From Aliivibrio fischeri ES114 (GTDB taxonomy: Bacteria; Pseudomonadota; Gammaproteobacteria; Enterobacterales; Vibrionaceae), in assembly GCF_000011805.1 (NCBI RefSeq), contig NC_006840.2: 32,000 nt of DNA; one strand, given 5' to 3'. The notes beneath the pieces were generated by a model, which worked only from the letters and a program-made list of their open reading frames with translations, had not been told where the DNA came from and did not search any database. Positions 21,104 through 31,555 of this stretch are shown here, in pieces; position 1 is the first letter of the stretch, and the number at the start of each line of letters is the position of its first letter. The position numbers and the translations under genes were made by a program.

Positions 21104-21165
21104 ATAAGAGCAGAAGAAAAGGTGGTTATTAATATTATTTCTTCACTTACAATATCCGAGGGTTA

Positions 21166-21256
21166 TTCTAAGTTCCTAGTTCCTAGTTCCTAGTTCCTAG
21201 TTCCTAGTTCCTAGTTCCTAGTTCCTAGTTCCTAGTTCCTAGTTCCTAGTCTCTAG
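21166..21256 (+). repeat. Heptanucleotide tandem array (TTCCTAG)n, 11 perfect and 2 degenerate units
   Basis: There are perfect TTCCTAG units from 21173 to 21249. They are flanked by TTCTAAG (21166) and TCTCTAG (21250). TAG falls in every frame on both strands, so the array is non-coding. Confidence 0.95.
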
Positions 21257-21275
21257 CTCTTGAAAGTTCTGTCGG

Positions 21276-21317
21276 CTCTTACCTCGCCCCTAATCACTCG
21301 TCCCTAGTCCCTACTTT
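21276..21317 (+). repeat. Right arm of the heptamer element: phased CTNGTCC heptamers
   Basis: CTCTTAC CTCGCCC CTAATCA CTCGTCC CTAGTCC CTACTTT. CTAGTCCCTA (21304-21313) is the exact reverse complement of TAGGGACTAG (21094-21103). CTCGTCCC (21297-21304) is the reverse complement of GGGACGAG (21082-21089). Confidence 0.85.
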
Positions 21318-21323
21318 ATAAGC

Positions 21324-21360
21324 ACAAAAAAAGACACGCAACTTTCATCGCGTGTCTTCT
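21324..21360 (-). terminator. Rho-independent terminator of ackA-pta
   Basis: On the minus strand, AAGACACGC-N10-GCGTGTCTT is followed by U7 (the complement of the A-run at 21326-21332), about 40 nt after the pta stop. Confidence 0.8.
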
Positions 21361-21398
21361 TATTTTCATTAACTACGCTCTATTTCTAGAGCATGAAA

Positions 21399-23564
21399 TT
21401 AGTTAATTACTTTCTCTTCAGCTTGTGCAGCTTGATCCGCTTGGATAGCTGTTAGTGCTACTGTGTATACGATATCGTCAACTAGAGCACCACGAGACAA
21501 GTCATTTACTGGCTTGCGCATGCCTTGAAGCATTGGACCGATAGATACTAGGTCAGCAGAACGTTGAACTGCTTTGTACGTTGTGTTACCAGTGTTTAGG
21601 TCTGGGAATACAAATACAGTTGCTTTACCAGCTACAGGAGAGTTAGGAGCTTTAGAAGCAGCTACGTTTTCCATGATTGCAGCATCGTACTGTAGAGGAC
21701 CGTCGATTACTAGATCAGGACGTTTCTCTTGAGCGATCTTAGTTGCTTCGCGTACTTTATCAACGTCTGCACCCTTACCAGATTCACCAGTAGAGTAAGA
21801 GATCATTGCAACGCGTGGGTCGATACCAAACGCCATTGCAGAATCAGCAGATTGGATAGCGATTTCAGCAAGTTGCTCAGCTGTTGGATCAGGGTTGATC
21901 GCACAGTCACCGTATACAAGAACTTGATCAGGAAGAAGCATGAAGAAGATTGAAGATACGATAGAAGCATCAGGAGCTGTTTTGATGATTTGGAATGGAG
22001 GAACGATAGTGTTTGCTGTGGTATGAACCGCACCAGAAACAAGACCGTCAACTTCACCCGCTTCAAGCATCATAGTACCAAGGAATACAGAATCTTGTAG
22101 TTTTTCACGAGCCACAACTTCAGTCATGCCTTTCGCGCCACGTAGCTCAACTAAACGAGCAACGTAGTTTTCACGTACAGAATCAGAATCGATGATCTCA
22201 ACGCCAGCACCAAGTTCAACACCTTGTTGCGCTGCAACACGACGGATTTCTTCAGGGTTACCTAAAAGAACACAAGTCGCGATACCACGCTCAGCACAGA
22301 TAGCCGCAGCTTTAACTGTACGAGGCTCATCACCTTCAGGAAGAACGATACGTTTAGCCGCTTTACGAGCAAATTCAGTTAACTGGTAACGGAATGCTGG
22401 TGGGCTTAGACGACGGATACCTTCAGTACCTTCAGATAGAGAGTCAATCCAAGGGCCATCAATGTGGCTAGCAACGTGCTCGTTAACAAACTCAATACGC
22501 TCTTTATCATCTGCAGGAACTTCAAGGCTGAAGCTTTGTAGATTTAGAGACGTCTGCCAAGTGTTACCTTGTGCAGTGAAGATTGGAAGACCAGACTCTA
22601 GAGCAGGCTTACAAAGTTCAGCAATTGATTGAGGGATTTCGTAACCGCCAGTCAGTAAGATTGCGCCGATTTCTACGCCGTTCATTGCAGCAAGACATGC
22701 AGCAACGATAACGTCAGGACGGTCAGCAGAAGTTACTAGTAGAGAACCTGGTTTGAAGTGCTCAATCATGTGCGGTAGAGAACGTGCACAGAAAGTGATG
22801 CTCTTAATACGACGAGTAGCAATATCACCTTCGTTGATGATTTCAGCATTTAAGTGCTTAGCCATGTCGATAGCACGAGTAGCAATTAGGTCTACTTTCC
22901 AAGGCACACAACCAAGAACACGAATAGGACTAGAGTTGAAGATTTGCATTACTTCAAGGTTAGTCTTAGTCGTTGCATCTGCATCATCAAAGATTTCAGA
23001 TAGGTCAGGGCGAGTACGACCAGCTTCATCAACAGGTGCATTTAGCTTGTTAATGATAACGCCAGCGATTTGTTTGTTCTTAGTGCCACCAAAGTTAGAA
23101 CATGCTACTTCGATACGCTCTTTAAGTTGAGAAGGGTTATCTGTACCAGGAGTTGCTACAAACACAATCTCAGCACCCAGAGTTTTTGCAATTTCACCGT
23201 TTAATTGGTTAGCAAATGGGTGTTTACGAGTAGGAACTAAACCTTCGATAAGTGTCACATCAGTGCCTTGGCTGATTGACTTGTAACGCGCAACGATTTC
23301 TTCTAGAAGAACGTCAGACTGTTCGTTACGTAGCAGTTCTTCTGCACGAGAGATTGTAGTTGGTTCTGCTGCTTTGATATCGCTGCTGCTAGTCACGATT
23401 GAAGTAGTTAGATCAGGTTGATCACCACCGTGACGAGGCTGAGAGATTGGTTTGTAAAAAGAAACGCTTACGCCTTTACGTTCCATTGAACGTAATACAC
23501 CCAAACTTGCGCTAGTTAGACCAACACCAGCACTGATTGGAACAAGCATAATAGTACGAGACAT
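21399..23564 (-). CDS. pta: Phosphate acetyltransferase
   Basis: 721 aa. The [33 protein letters not shown]-terminus matches long-form Pta as I recall it (E. coli MSRIIMLIPTG...). It lies downstream of ackA. Confidence 0.95.
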   Translation of the reverse strand: MSRTIMLVPISAGVGLTSASLGVLRSMERKGVSVSFYKPISQPRHGGDQPDLTTSIVTSSSDIKAAEPTTISRAEELLRNEQSDVLLEEIVARYKSISQGTDVTLIEGLVPTRKHPFANQLNGEIAKTLGAEIVFVATPGTDNPSQLKERIEVACSNFGGTKNKQIAGVIINKLNAPVDEAGRTRPDLSEIFDDADATTKTNLEVMQIFNSSPIRVLGCVPWKVDLIATRAIDMAKHLNAEIINEGDIATRRIKSITFCARSLPHMIEHFKPGSLLVTSADRPDVIVAACLAAMNGVEIGAILLTGGYEIPQSIAELCKPALESGLPIFTAQGNTWQTSLNLQSFSLEVPADDKERIEFVNEHVASHIDGPWIDSLSEGTEGIRRLSPPAFRYQLTEFARKAAKRIVLPEGDEPRTVKAAAICAERGIATCVLLGNPEEIRRVAAQQGVELGAGVEIIDSDSVRENYVARLVELRGAKGMTEVVAREKLQDSVFLGTMMLEAGEVDGLVSGAVHTTANTIVPPFQIIKTAPDASIVSSIFFMLLPDQVLVYGDCAINPDPTAEQLAEIAIQSADSAMAFGIDPRVAMISYSTGESGKGADVDKVREATKIAQEKRPDLVIDGPLQYDAAIMENVAASKAPNSPVAGKATVFVFPDLNTGNTTYKAVQRSADLVSIGPMLQGMRKPVNDLSRGALVDDIVYTVALTAIQADQAAQAEEKVIN

Positions 23565-23623
23565 GGAAAATTCCTCTACACTATTGGGGCAAGAGACCTT
23601 ATTGAAAAAATAAAGCCATAGAA

Positions 23624-23655
23624 AGAAAAAAGGCTAACCTAATGGCTAGCCTTTT
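23624..23655 (-). terminator. Hairpin with a U-run between ackA and pta, possibly a partial terminator
   Basis: On the minus strand, AAGGCTA-N10-TAGCCTT is followed by TTTTCTTT, 9 nt after the ackA stop. Confidence 0.45.
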
Positions 23656-23663
23656 AGGAGATA

Positions 23664-24860
23664 TTACAGACCAGCTAGTTTAGCTGTGTCTTCTGCGATA
23701 ACTAGCTCTTCGTTAGTAGAGATAACCATTGCAGGAATACGGCTGTTAGCAGTAGTGATAGTACCTTCACCACCGAAACGTGCTTTAAGGTTTGCTTCGC
23801 CATCAACTTCGATACCGAAGATACCTAGACGGTTAAGAACCATTTCACGGATTGGAGCAGAGTTTTCACCGATGCCGCCTGTGAAAGTGATTGCGTCTAG
23901 ACGACCTTCTAGAGTTGCTGTGTAACCTGCAACGTATTTAGCTAGACGGTGACAGAATACGTCCATCGCACGTGTTGCTTCTTCTTTCTCACCGTAGTTG
24001 TCTTCAACGAAACGACAGTCAGAAGTTACTTGAGTTAGACCTTGTAGGCCAGACTCTTTAGTTAGCATGTTGTTGATTTGTTCAACAGAGTAACCTAGAG
24101 CGTCATGTAGGTGGAAAACGATAGCAGGATCGATGTCACCACAACGAGTACCCATTACTAGACCTTCAAGAGGAGTAAGACCCATAGAAGTATCTACAGA
24201 TTCACCGTTTTTAATTGCACATACAGATGCGCCGTTACCTAGGTGACAGTTAATGATGTTAACTTCTTCAACAGGTTTGTTTAGTAGGCCAGCAACTTCA
24301 CGAGTGATGAACAGGTGAGAAGTACCGTGCATGCCGTAACGACGGATGCCGTGCTCTTTGTATAGGTTGTATGGAAGAGCGTATAGGTAAGATTCTTCAG
24401 GCATAGTTTGGTGGAACGCAGTGTCAAATACAGCAACGTTTTTAAGGCCTGGGAAGTTAGCTTTAGCTGCTTCGATACCGATGATGTGAGCTGGGTTATG
24501 AAGAGGTGCAAAAGTTGCAGCGTCTTGAATACCTTTAAGTACTTCGTCAGTGATAAGAGCTGACTTAGTGAATTGCTCACCACCGTGTACGATACGGTGA
24601 CCGATAGCGCCAAGGTTAGCTTTAAGCTCTGGCTTAGATGCAAGGATAGTTTCTACCATAAATGATAGAGCTTCTACGTGTGCAGCGCCTGCACCTAGTT
24701 GAGCTTCGTGCTTGCCATCAAGTTTCCACTTCATACGAGCTTCAGGAAGACCAAGACACTCAGCAAGACCAGTTAAGTGCTCTGCACCAGATTCTGCGTC
24801 AACAACCGCAAATTTAAGAGAAGAACTACCGCAGTTTAAAACTAAAACCAGCTTAGACAT
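23664..24860 (-). CDS. ackA: Acetate kinase
   Basis: 398 aa. Has the [23 protein letters not shown]-terminus and sits in the ackA-pta operon. Confidence 0.95.
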   Translation of the reverse strand: MSKLVLVLNCGSSSLKFAVVDAESGAEHLTGLAECLGLPEARMKWKLDGKHEAQLGAGAAHVEALSFMVETILASKPELKANLGAIGHRIVHGGEQFTKSALITDEVLKGIQDAATFAPLHNPAHIIGIEAAKANFPGLKNVAVFDTAFHQTMPEESYLYALPYNLYKEHGIRRYGMHGTSHLFITREVAGLLNKPVEEVNIINCHLGNGASVCAIKNGESVDTSMGLTPLEGLVMGTRCGDIDPAIVFHLHDALGYSVEQINNMLTKESGLQGLTQVTSDCRFVEDNYGEKEEATRAMDVFCHRLAKYVAGYTATLEGRLDAITFTGGIGENSAPIREMVLNRLGIFGIEVDGEANLKARFGGEGTITTANSRIPAMVISTNEELVIAEDTAKLAGL

Positions 24861-25177
24861 GTATAAATACCTATTTATTCATCAGTAATTAAAGTTATGT
24901 CGTAATGACATATCACGACAAATGTAGTCGATTAATTGAAAACAACCACATTTATCCAAAAAAATTAGCTATCCTTAGTAAGAGCATTACAGCAGTCCTT
25001 GCCGATTTATCTACTTTTAGCTTATAGTAGAACTACAGCAAAAGATAAATCAGCGCATAGGATAACGATTGTGCGCTAAGATAACAAAAATATTTTAAGA
25101 TAATATTAATTCTAATCAAGTTTATTCTGTATTTTTTTGAATGATTCAACTTTTGTTTAGAAGTCCAAGGGGGCAAT

Positions 25178-25627
25178 ATGAGTGAAAACGGTTTTTTATT
25201 CCGATTTCGAGATGGTCAAACCTATATGGATACTTGGCCTGAGCGAAAAGAGTTAGCTCCGATGTTCCCTGAGCAACGAGTGATTAAAGCAACTAAGTTC
25301 GCTGTTAAAGTCATGCCAGCGGTTGCGGTTATCAGCGTATTAACGCAAATGGTTTTTAATAATACTGCTGGGTTGCCACAAGCGATCATCATTGCATTGT
25401 TTGCCATTAGTATGCCATTACAAGGTTTTTGGTGGTTAGGTAATAGAGCGAATACAAAATTACCGCCAGCATTAGCGAGTTGGTATCGTGAGTTATACCA
25501 AAAAATTATTGAATCAGGGGCGGCATTAGAGCCAATGAAGAGTCAGCCACGTTATAAAGAACTGGCGAATATTTTGAATAAAGCGTTTAAACAGTTAGAT
25601 AAAACAGCTTTAGAACGTTGGTTTTAA
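25178..25627 (+). CDS. yfbV: UPF0208 inner-membrane protein YfbV
   Basis: 149 aa. Similar to E. coli YfbV as I recall it ([30 protein letters not shown]). It is divergent from ackA, as in E. coli. Confidence 0.85.
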   Translation: MSENGFLFRFRDGQTYMDTWPERKELAPMFPEQRVIKATKFAVKVMPAVAVISVLTQMVFNNTAGLPQAIIIALFAISMPLQGFWWLGNRANTKLPPALASWYRELYQKIIESGAALEPMKSQPRYKELANILNKAFKQLDKTALERWF

Positions 25628-25654
25628 TATTTTCTTACATAAAGTATAGATAAT

Positions 25655-25685
25655 AAAAAAGGAGCTAATTTTAGCTCCTTTTTTG
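25655..25685. terminator. Bidirectional terminator between yfbV (+) and argS (-)
   Basis: AAGGAGCTA-attt-TAGCTCCTT, flanked by an A-run and a T-run. A further perfect 11-bp hairpin, AACAATCTGAA-N6-TTCAGATTGTT, lies at 25699-25726 next to the argS stop. Confidence 0.8.
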
Positions 25686-25736
25686 ATCTTTAGTTATCAA
25701 CAATCTGAATGAGTATTCAGATTGTTAAAATAGGAA

Positions 25737-27470
25737 TTACATACGCTCTAGCGTTTCAATACCTAGTAGTTCTAAGCCTTGCTTAATTGTTTTCGCTGTT
25801 AATGCAGCTAACTTCAGGCGGCTTTGCTTAACAGCATCATCTTCGTTGTTAAGAATAGGGCACGCTTCGTAGAAGCTAGAGAATTGACCAGCAAGTTCAA
25901 ATAGGTAAGCACACATTAGGTGAGGTTGACCTTCACTTGCTACAGCTTGAACCGCTTCTTCAAATTGCATTAACTTAGCAACTAACGCTTTTTCTTTCTC
26001 ATCTGTGATCTTAACTTCACCTGTTAACTCATCCATAGATAAGCCAGCTTTGCTGAAGATAGAAGCTACACGAGTGTATGCATATTGCATGTAAGGCGCT
26101 GTGTTACCTTCGAACGCAAGCATGTTATCCCAATCGAAGATGTAATCCGTAGTACGGTGCTTAGAAAGATCTGAGTACTTAACTGCTGCCATTGCAACGG
26201 TTGTAGCAATTTTTGCTTTTTCTTCAGCAGATAGATCTTTGTTTTTCTCTTCGATCAGTTTTGTTGCACGTTCTTCAGCTTCATCAAGAAGATCAGCTAG
26301 ACGAACTGTACCGCCTGCACGAGTTTTAAATGGGCGACCATCTTTACCTAGCATCATACCAAATGCATGGTGCTCTAGAGATACGCTCTCAGGAACATAG
26401 CCCGCTTTACGAACGATAGTCCAAGCTTGCATTAAGTGCTGGTGTTGACGTGAATCGATGAAGTAAAGAACACGATCTGCATTCAGTTCTTCGTAACGGT
26501 ATTTAGCACAAGCAATATCTGTTGTTGTGTATAGGAAGCCACCGTCACGTTTTTGAACGATAACACCCATAGGTTCACCATCTTTGTTTTTGTATTCATC
26601 TAGGAATACAACTTGAGCGCCTTCGCTCTCAACAGCTAAACCTTGTTTTTGAAGATCAGCAACAATTGGAGCAAGCATGCTGTTGTACATACTTTCGCCC
26701 ATTACGTTATCACGAGTAAGTGATACGTTTAGACGGTCATAGTTGCGTTGGTTTTGAACCATAGTAACGTCAACAAGCTTCTTCCACATTTCTGCGCAGA
26801 ACTCATCACCGCTTTGAAGTTTAACAACATAACCACGAGCGGTTACTGCAAACTCTTCGTCTTCGTCATACAGTTTTTTAGATTCACGGTAGAAACCTTC
26901 AAGATCAGACAGTTCCATAGAAACTTCGCCTTTCTCTTTTTGGATACGCTCAAGGTTTGCGATAAGCATACCAAACTGAGTACCCCAGTCACCGATGTGG
27001 TTAGCACGAGTAACGTTGTGACCTAAAAACTCAAGAGTACGAACAACAGCATCACCAATGATAGTTGAACGTAAGTGACCCACGTGCATTTCTTTAGCAA
27101 CGTTTGGTGCAGAGTAGTCTGCAACGATGTTTTGTTGTTCTTCTTTAGCAACACCTAAGCGTTCGTCAGCTAATGCTGCTTCTGCTTGTTTTGCTAGAAA
27201 TTCTTCTGATAAGAAAATATTGATAAAGCCAGGGCCTGCAATTTCAGTTTTGCTAGCGATGCCATCAAGATCCAAAACATCCAGTACTTTCTGAGCAAAT
27301 TCTCGTGGGTTTGTACCTAGTCGCTTAGCTACGCCCATTACGCCGTTAGCTTGGTAGTCACCAAATTGTGCTTTTGCAGATTGACGTACTGCGGCAGGGC
27401 TGCCTGCTGGCGCACCGGCTGCTTCTAACGCTTGAGAAACTTTGTCGTTAATAAGTGATTGAATATTCAA
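25737..27470 (-). CDS. argS: Arginine--tRNA ligase
   Basis: 577 aa. Has the [22 protein letters not shown]-terminus, the HIGH-type motif (HVGHLRS) and a class I anticodon-binding C-terminus. Confidence 0.95.
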   Translation of the reverse strand: MNIQSLINDKVSQALEAAGAPAGSPAAVRQSAKAQFGDYQANGVMGVAKRLGTNPREFAQKVLDVLDLDGIASKTEIAGPGFINIFLSEEFLAKQAEAALADERLGVAKEEQQNIVADYSAPNVAKEMHVGHLRSTIIGDAVVRTLEFLGHNVTRANHIGDWGTQFGMLIANLERIQKEKGEVSMELSDLEGFYRESKKLYDEDEEFAVTARGYVVKLQSGDEFCAEMWKKLVDVTMVQNQRNYDRLNVSLTRDNVMGESMYNSMLAPIVADLQKQGLAVESEGAQVVFLDEYKNKDGEPMGVIVQKRDGGFLYTTTDIACAKYRYEELNADRVLYFIDSRQHQHLMQAWTIVRKAGYVPESVSLEHHAFGMMLGKDGRPFKTRAGGTVRLADLLDEAEERATKLIEEKNKDLSAEEKAKIATTVAMAAVKYSDLSKHRTTDYIFDWDNMLAFEGNTAPYMQYAYTRVASIFSKAGLSMDELTGEVKITDEKEKALVAKLMQFEEAVQAVASEGQPHLMCAYLFELAGQFSSFYEACPILNNEDDAVKQSRLKLAALTAKTIKQGLELLGIETLERM

Positions 27471-27677
27471 AGAGGTTATCCTTCATATCGCTGTTAAACA
27501 GGAATGCTATTGCATGGAAAGCAAAATAATCGCTAATAATAGCAATAAAACAGGGGATATTTAATAGTTTCTGTTATTTTTTATTGCAACTTAGGGGCTA
27601 TTTTTCGAAAGGTTCTAAACATCAAGTAAAGAGGTTGATACAATTCGGTTTCTCTTTTTTATTGTTAGGTTGCCTTC

Positions 27678-28274
27678 ATGTCATCACTATTATTAAAACA
27701 GCAACAATTAGAGCCTCAACAACTGATTAATGCATTACCTTCATTTATGGAGAAGATCCAAGCATTATTGGATGTATTAGAAATCGATTTAACTCAATAT
27801 CAAGCCGATCACATTGCATTAAGAATCAATGATCGTGATGTAGCAGAAGCGGCTCATCAAGCGTGGCTACAACAAGCAGAAGAATGGTCAAATAATGAAA
27901 TTAACGGTCGTCCTATTATTGCTTTAGGTTTTAATCAAGCGTTAACTATCAATGATTGGTCTATTGAATGTTTAGAGTTGCCATACCCTGGTGATAAAAG
28001 TTATCCGCAGCAAGGGTGGGAACATGTAGAGTGGGTTATCCCATGTGATGTGGATTCTCAAGAAGCTTTTTTGGAATATGTATTTAAAACGTTCCCAACA
28101 CTAAAAGATAAATGGGATAACTTGGCGTCTTTAGGCGTGAAAGTAAAACAAAGCTGCCCATCAGGTGATGCAGAGCGTATTGCAAATTATACCGTAGCAT
28201 TCAAATACCAAGGAGTGTGTATAAAGCTTCATCCTCACAGTTTAAAAGCAGTTATTGAGAGTGAGCAGGCATAA
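27678..28274 (+). CDS. yecM: YecM-like VOC-superfamily protein
   Basis: 198 aa. Shares ADHIALR, INGRPI, ELPYPGDKSYPQQGWEHVEWVIP and KLHPHSL..VIESEQ blocks with E. coli YecM as I recall it. It is divergent from argS, as in E. coli. Confidence 0.8.
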   Translation: MSSLLLKQQQLEPQQLINALPSFMEKIQALLDVLEIDLTQYQADHIALRINDRDVAEAAHQAWLQQAEEWSNNEINGRPIIALGFNQALTINDWSIECLELPYPGDKSYPQQGWEHVEWVIPCDVDSQEAFLEYVFKTFPTLKDKWDNLASLGVKVKQSCPSGDAERIANYTVAFKYQGVCIKLHPHSLKAVIESEQA

Positions 28275-28296
28275 GATAAGCAGGTTTTAAGAACAT

Positions 28297-28331
28297 AAAA
28301 GGCATCCAATCTAGAATCTGGATGCCTTTTT
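28297..28331. terminator. Bidirectional terminator between yecM (+) and the halogenase-like gene (-)
   Basis: AAAGGCATCCA-N10-TGGATGCCTTT with flanking A and T runs. Confidence 0.8.
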
Positions 28332-28347
28332 ATTATGGAGTGAGTAG

Positions 28348-29580
28348 TTATGGCTTACATAATTCAGCAACCACTTTTAATCGACGCTCTGGCTCGGCAA
28401 CAAATGGATTGCTTTCATCCCAAGCATAGCCAGCTAAAATGGCGCAGATCATTTGTTTAATTTTAGGATTCGGATTTTCATGGAAGATCACATCTTGGAA
28501 TGTCCCTTCATACCATCCTTCTACGTAACAACGAAAAGCATTGACTCCTTTCATCAACTTATCTGAGTAATCTTGCTGCCAATTAACGTCTTCTTGATTA
28601 AATTGCTTAATCAATAAGTCTGCAGCTAGCTCTGCCGATTTCATTGCAATCGTGACACCAGAAGAGAACACCGGATCTAAAAATTCACCAGCATTGCCCA
28701 GTAAAGCAAAGTTTTTATCAAACAGCTTACTGACATTGGCAGAATAGCCCATGATTTCACCGCAAGGGTTCGGGTATTCAGCTTGGTTTAACAGATGTTT
28801 GAGATTACTTTCTTCTTCTGCAAGTTGTTTTAATGCCGTTACTTTATCTTCTGAATATGCATCGAAGAACTCAGGCTCTCCAACCACACCAAAAGAGCAG
28901 GTCCCATTACTGAATGGAATTAACCAATACCACACTTGTGTATTTGTTGGATGAACAGAGACTAAAATTTTATTTCTGTCGTAGCTTTCGTCAGTAATAT
29001 TGTCTTTTATATGTGTAAAAATAGCACGGCGTGGTGGCAGACATGAGGGCTCTTCTAATTCCAATAATTTTGGTAGAACACGGCCAAAGCCACTCGCATC
29101 AAGAATGAAATCTGCTTGAATTTGGTAAGGCGTTCCGTTTTCATCCAGTACCGATAATAGAGGCTTTTCTGCATTTACATCCACATCGGTTATTTCATGC
29201 TGATAGCGAATTTCAACGCCTTGTTCTTTTGCACAATCAGCTAAAACTTTATCAAAGTTGCCACGTTGTACTTGGAATGTGGTTCCTGCGCCGTCGGTGA
29301 ATTTGTCCGTAAAATCAAAAGAAGTGAAAGTGCCATTACAATGAAATGCAGCACCATCTTTGAATTGAAAACAAGCATCTTCAACAGCGTTTAACATGCC
29401 TGCATGTTTAATGGATTCCATACATGCAGGTAATAAACTTTCACCGATAGAAAAGCGAGGGAAAGTCGATTTTTCAAGAATAATGCAGTTGATATTGTGT
29501 TTGTTTAATAGGGCAGCAGCAATAGAGCCAGAAGGTCCAGCACCAATAATAGCCACTTGGGTTGTTTGTGGTGATAACAC
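28348..29580 (-). CDS. FAD-dependent halogenase-like oxidoreductase, first gene of the APE-type cluster region
   Basis: 410 aa. Has the dinucleotide-binding motif GAGPSG (residues 13-18) and WYWLIP (residues 217-222, nt 28932-28915), which matches the WxWxIP signature of flavin-dependent halogenases. The GTG start at 29580 is preceded by AAGGAG at 5-nt spacing. Confidence 0.75.
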   Translation of the reverse strand: MLSPQTTQVAIIGAGPSGSIAAALLNKHNINCIILEKSTFPRFSIGESLLPACMESIKHAGMLNAVEDACFQFKDGAAFHCNGTFTSFDFTDKFTDGAGTTFQVQRGNFDKVLADCAKEQGVEIRYQHEITDVDVNAEKPLLSVLDENGTPYQIQADFILDASGFGRVLPKLLELEEPSCLPPRRAIFTHIKDNITDESYDRNKILVSVHPTNTQVWYWLIPFSNGTCSFGVVGEPEFFDAYSEDKVTALKQLAEEESNLKHLLNQAEYPNPCGEIMGYSANVSKLFDKNFALLGNAGEFLDPVFSSGVTIAMKSAELAADLLIKQFNQEDVNWQQDYSDKLMKGVNAFRCYVEGWYEGTFQDVIFHENPNPKIKQMICAILAGYAWDESNPFVAEPERRLKVVAELCKP

Positions 29581-29602
29581 AAGTGCTCCTTAGAGACAAA
29601 AG

Positions 29603-29635
29603 CACCACTTTAGGTATCAGTAACCTAAAGTGGTG
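29603..29635 (-). terminator. Perfect 12-bp hairpin between the methyltransferase and halogenase-like genes
   Basis: CACCACTTTAGG-N9-CCTAAAGTGGTG. On the minus strand it is followed by CUUUUGUCUCU and then the AAGGAG SD of the downstream gene. Confidence 0.4.
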
Positions 29636-29679
29636 AGGATATTATTATATTTATAAGTGATTTTTATTTAAAAACAGAC

Positions 29680-30747
29680 TTACTTAGCACGAAGTTCAAG
29701 TAATGTGTGGCCTAAGCCAATATTGTCTGTTTGCTCAGCAACAGCAAAACCCGCTTCTTCAATAATTTCTAAGAAATCACTACAACGATAGAAACGACTA
29801 TTACCATTGGCTAAACAAGTGAAGTATAGAGAGGTTGCATTTAGGCTAAACGAAGCAGCATCGTATTTTTGCGCATCCCAAAATAGCTCTAAAATATACA
29901 CTTTCGCATCGGTAGACATGGCTGCACGTACACGTTTTAAAATGCTTAAAATTTCCATTGGAGAGAAACAATCTAGGAATTGGCTCATCCACCATACGTC
30001 TGCGCCTTGAGGTAATGGTAGAGTCTTATCAAGCATATTAGTTGGGTGACCATTAATACGGTCGGCAAAACCTTGTTCTTTGGCATTTTTTAACGCCATT
30101 TCGATTTGTTGTGGAAGGTCAATGATTGTTACTTCAACATCGTTATCGTAATTACAGCATTGTAGTGCCCATTTACCCGTGTTGCCGCCGATATCAAACA
30201 AACGCTTTGGTTTTTGGCTTAATACTTTTTCTAATAAGATTGGGAACGAACGGTCAGAATAGAAGTGATCAAACTTAAACCAGCTCTCTTTGGCTTTTTC
30301 TGGTAATCGAGACAAACCTTCATAAATCGTTGGCCAGTCACCTAACTCTTTTAAGCCGGCAGGTGTGCCTTCTTGAATTGCCTCTGTAAGATGCATCATA
30401 GCGGCATAACAAACATCAGCTGTAAAGTCTAAGTTAGCGTTCGTCATCCCATCGTGTAATAAGAAGTGCCCAAGGTTCGCAAGAACATAGTTTGGTTTAT
30501 TCCAAGTAACAATGTGCGCACTTAATGCCATATCAAGTAAGACTTTCACGCCATATTCAGATACACCCGTTTCTTGTGCTAATTGCTCAGCATCTAAACC
30601 TTGATCTTGAGCTTTATCTAAAGCCGCTAGAATACCAAGATCTCTAAGCGTTCGAGCTGTATGAAAAACAATAGGAGCAAAAGAAAGTTTTTGAGCTTCT
30701 GTTTTTGCTTCTAATGCGTTAAATGGGTCATTTTTATATTGAGTCAC
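29680..30747 (-). CDS. Class I SAM-dependent methyltransferase with an N-terminal winged-helix/dimerisation domain
   Basis: 355 aa. Has SAM motif I, LFDIGGNTGKWA, and an O-methyltransferase family-2-like layout. It apparently starts at GTG (30747) with no strong SD, so the start is uncertain. Confidence 0.8.
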   Translation of the reverse strand: MTQYKNDPFNALEAKTEAQKLSFAPIVFHTARTLRDLGILAALDKAQDQGLDAEQLAQETGVSEYGVKVLLDMALSAHIVTWNKPNYVLANLGHFLLHDGMTNANLDFTADVCYAAMMHLTEAIQEGTPAGLKELGDWPTIYEGLSRLPEKAKESWFKFDHFYSDRSFPILLEKVLSQKPKRLFDIGGNTGKWALQCCNYDNDVEVTIIDLPQQIEMALKNAKEQGFADRINGHPTNMLDKTLPLPQGADVWWMSQFLDCFSPMEILSILKRVRAAMSTDAKVYILELFWDAQKYDAASFSLNATSLYFTCLANGNSRFYRCSDFLEIIEEAGFAVAEQTDNIGLGHTLLELRAK

Positions 30748-30850
30748 AGAGATTAACCATAGTTGAAGATAATAAAATGATCATATCAGTGGTATTGAGT
30801 GAAACTTTGTTCAAAAGCAAGAAACCACTGATATATAAGAGAGAATGATA

Positions 30851-31426
30851 TTAATCGATTATATTTGATACGGTATTACCGTTAAATTCGACTTTAAAAG
30901 TATTAAATCTATTTTTCCAATATAACCAATGATCGCTATTTAAATTAGGTGTTCTATGTTCTGGTGGGAAGCCGATGGCATATTTTACGCCTTCTTTTGT
31001 CATGCCTTTCTTAACCACACCTTCTTTTATTCCCTGCTGATCAAGTGCACTTAGTTTTTCTACTTTTTCAGTATTACACTCAGTACCGAAATAGTTGCTT
31101 AAGTATTTTGCAAAATCAGGAGATGATTTGTGTTTATCTAAAATATATTCTCTGCCACTACTATCAATTTTAAATGTAAGACGTTTAGTACTAACGTTGA
31201 CAATATCAACTTGAGTACAGAGAGGGATTAATCCATCTTGTTGAAAATTAACAGAATAAAGTTTTGAGCGAGTGTCGTCAGGGTGAAGGTTAACAAGAGT
31301 ATAAACGGGTTTATTGGTAAGAAATAAATCGTCACCCGTATTTTTGTCAGTAAGAGTCATGACACTCGCGCAACCCGATAAAATTATTAAACCGGAAGTC
31401 GCTAATAATGGTTTTAAAAATGACAT
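30851..31426 (-). CDS. Lipoprotein of unknown function
   Basis: 191 aa. The signal peptide has the lipobox LSGC (MSFLKPLLATSGLIILSGCAS). AAAGGA lies 5 nt upstream of the ATG. I recognise no family. Confidence 0.7.
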   Translation of the reverse strand: MSFLKPLLATSGLIILSGCASVMTLTDKNTGDDLFLTNKPVYTLVNLHPDDTRSKLYSVNFQQDGLIPLCTQVDIVNVSTKRLTFKIDSSGREYILDKHKSSPDFAKYLSNYFGTECNTEKVEKLSALDQQGIKEGVVKKGMTKEGVKYAIGFPPEHRTPNLNSDHWLYWKNRFNTFKVEFNGNTVSNIID

Positions 31427-31555
31427 GGTAGTCCTTTAAATTTCGCTATATATATTTATTTACCGTATGACTCGCATTAATCTATTTGCGCCAAGTCACT
31501 GAATTCATATATCCTATACGAGTAGGCTAACAAATTGTAATATTTTTACGACTAG

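Noticed and set aside
21166-21256. The heptamer array as a CRISPR array or as coding repeats.
   Set aside because: The units are 7 nt and contiguous with no spacers, and there are no cas genes. TAG occurs in every frame on both strands.
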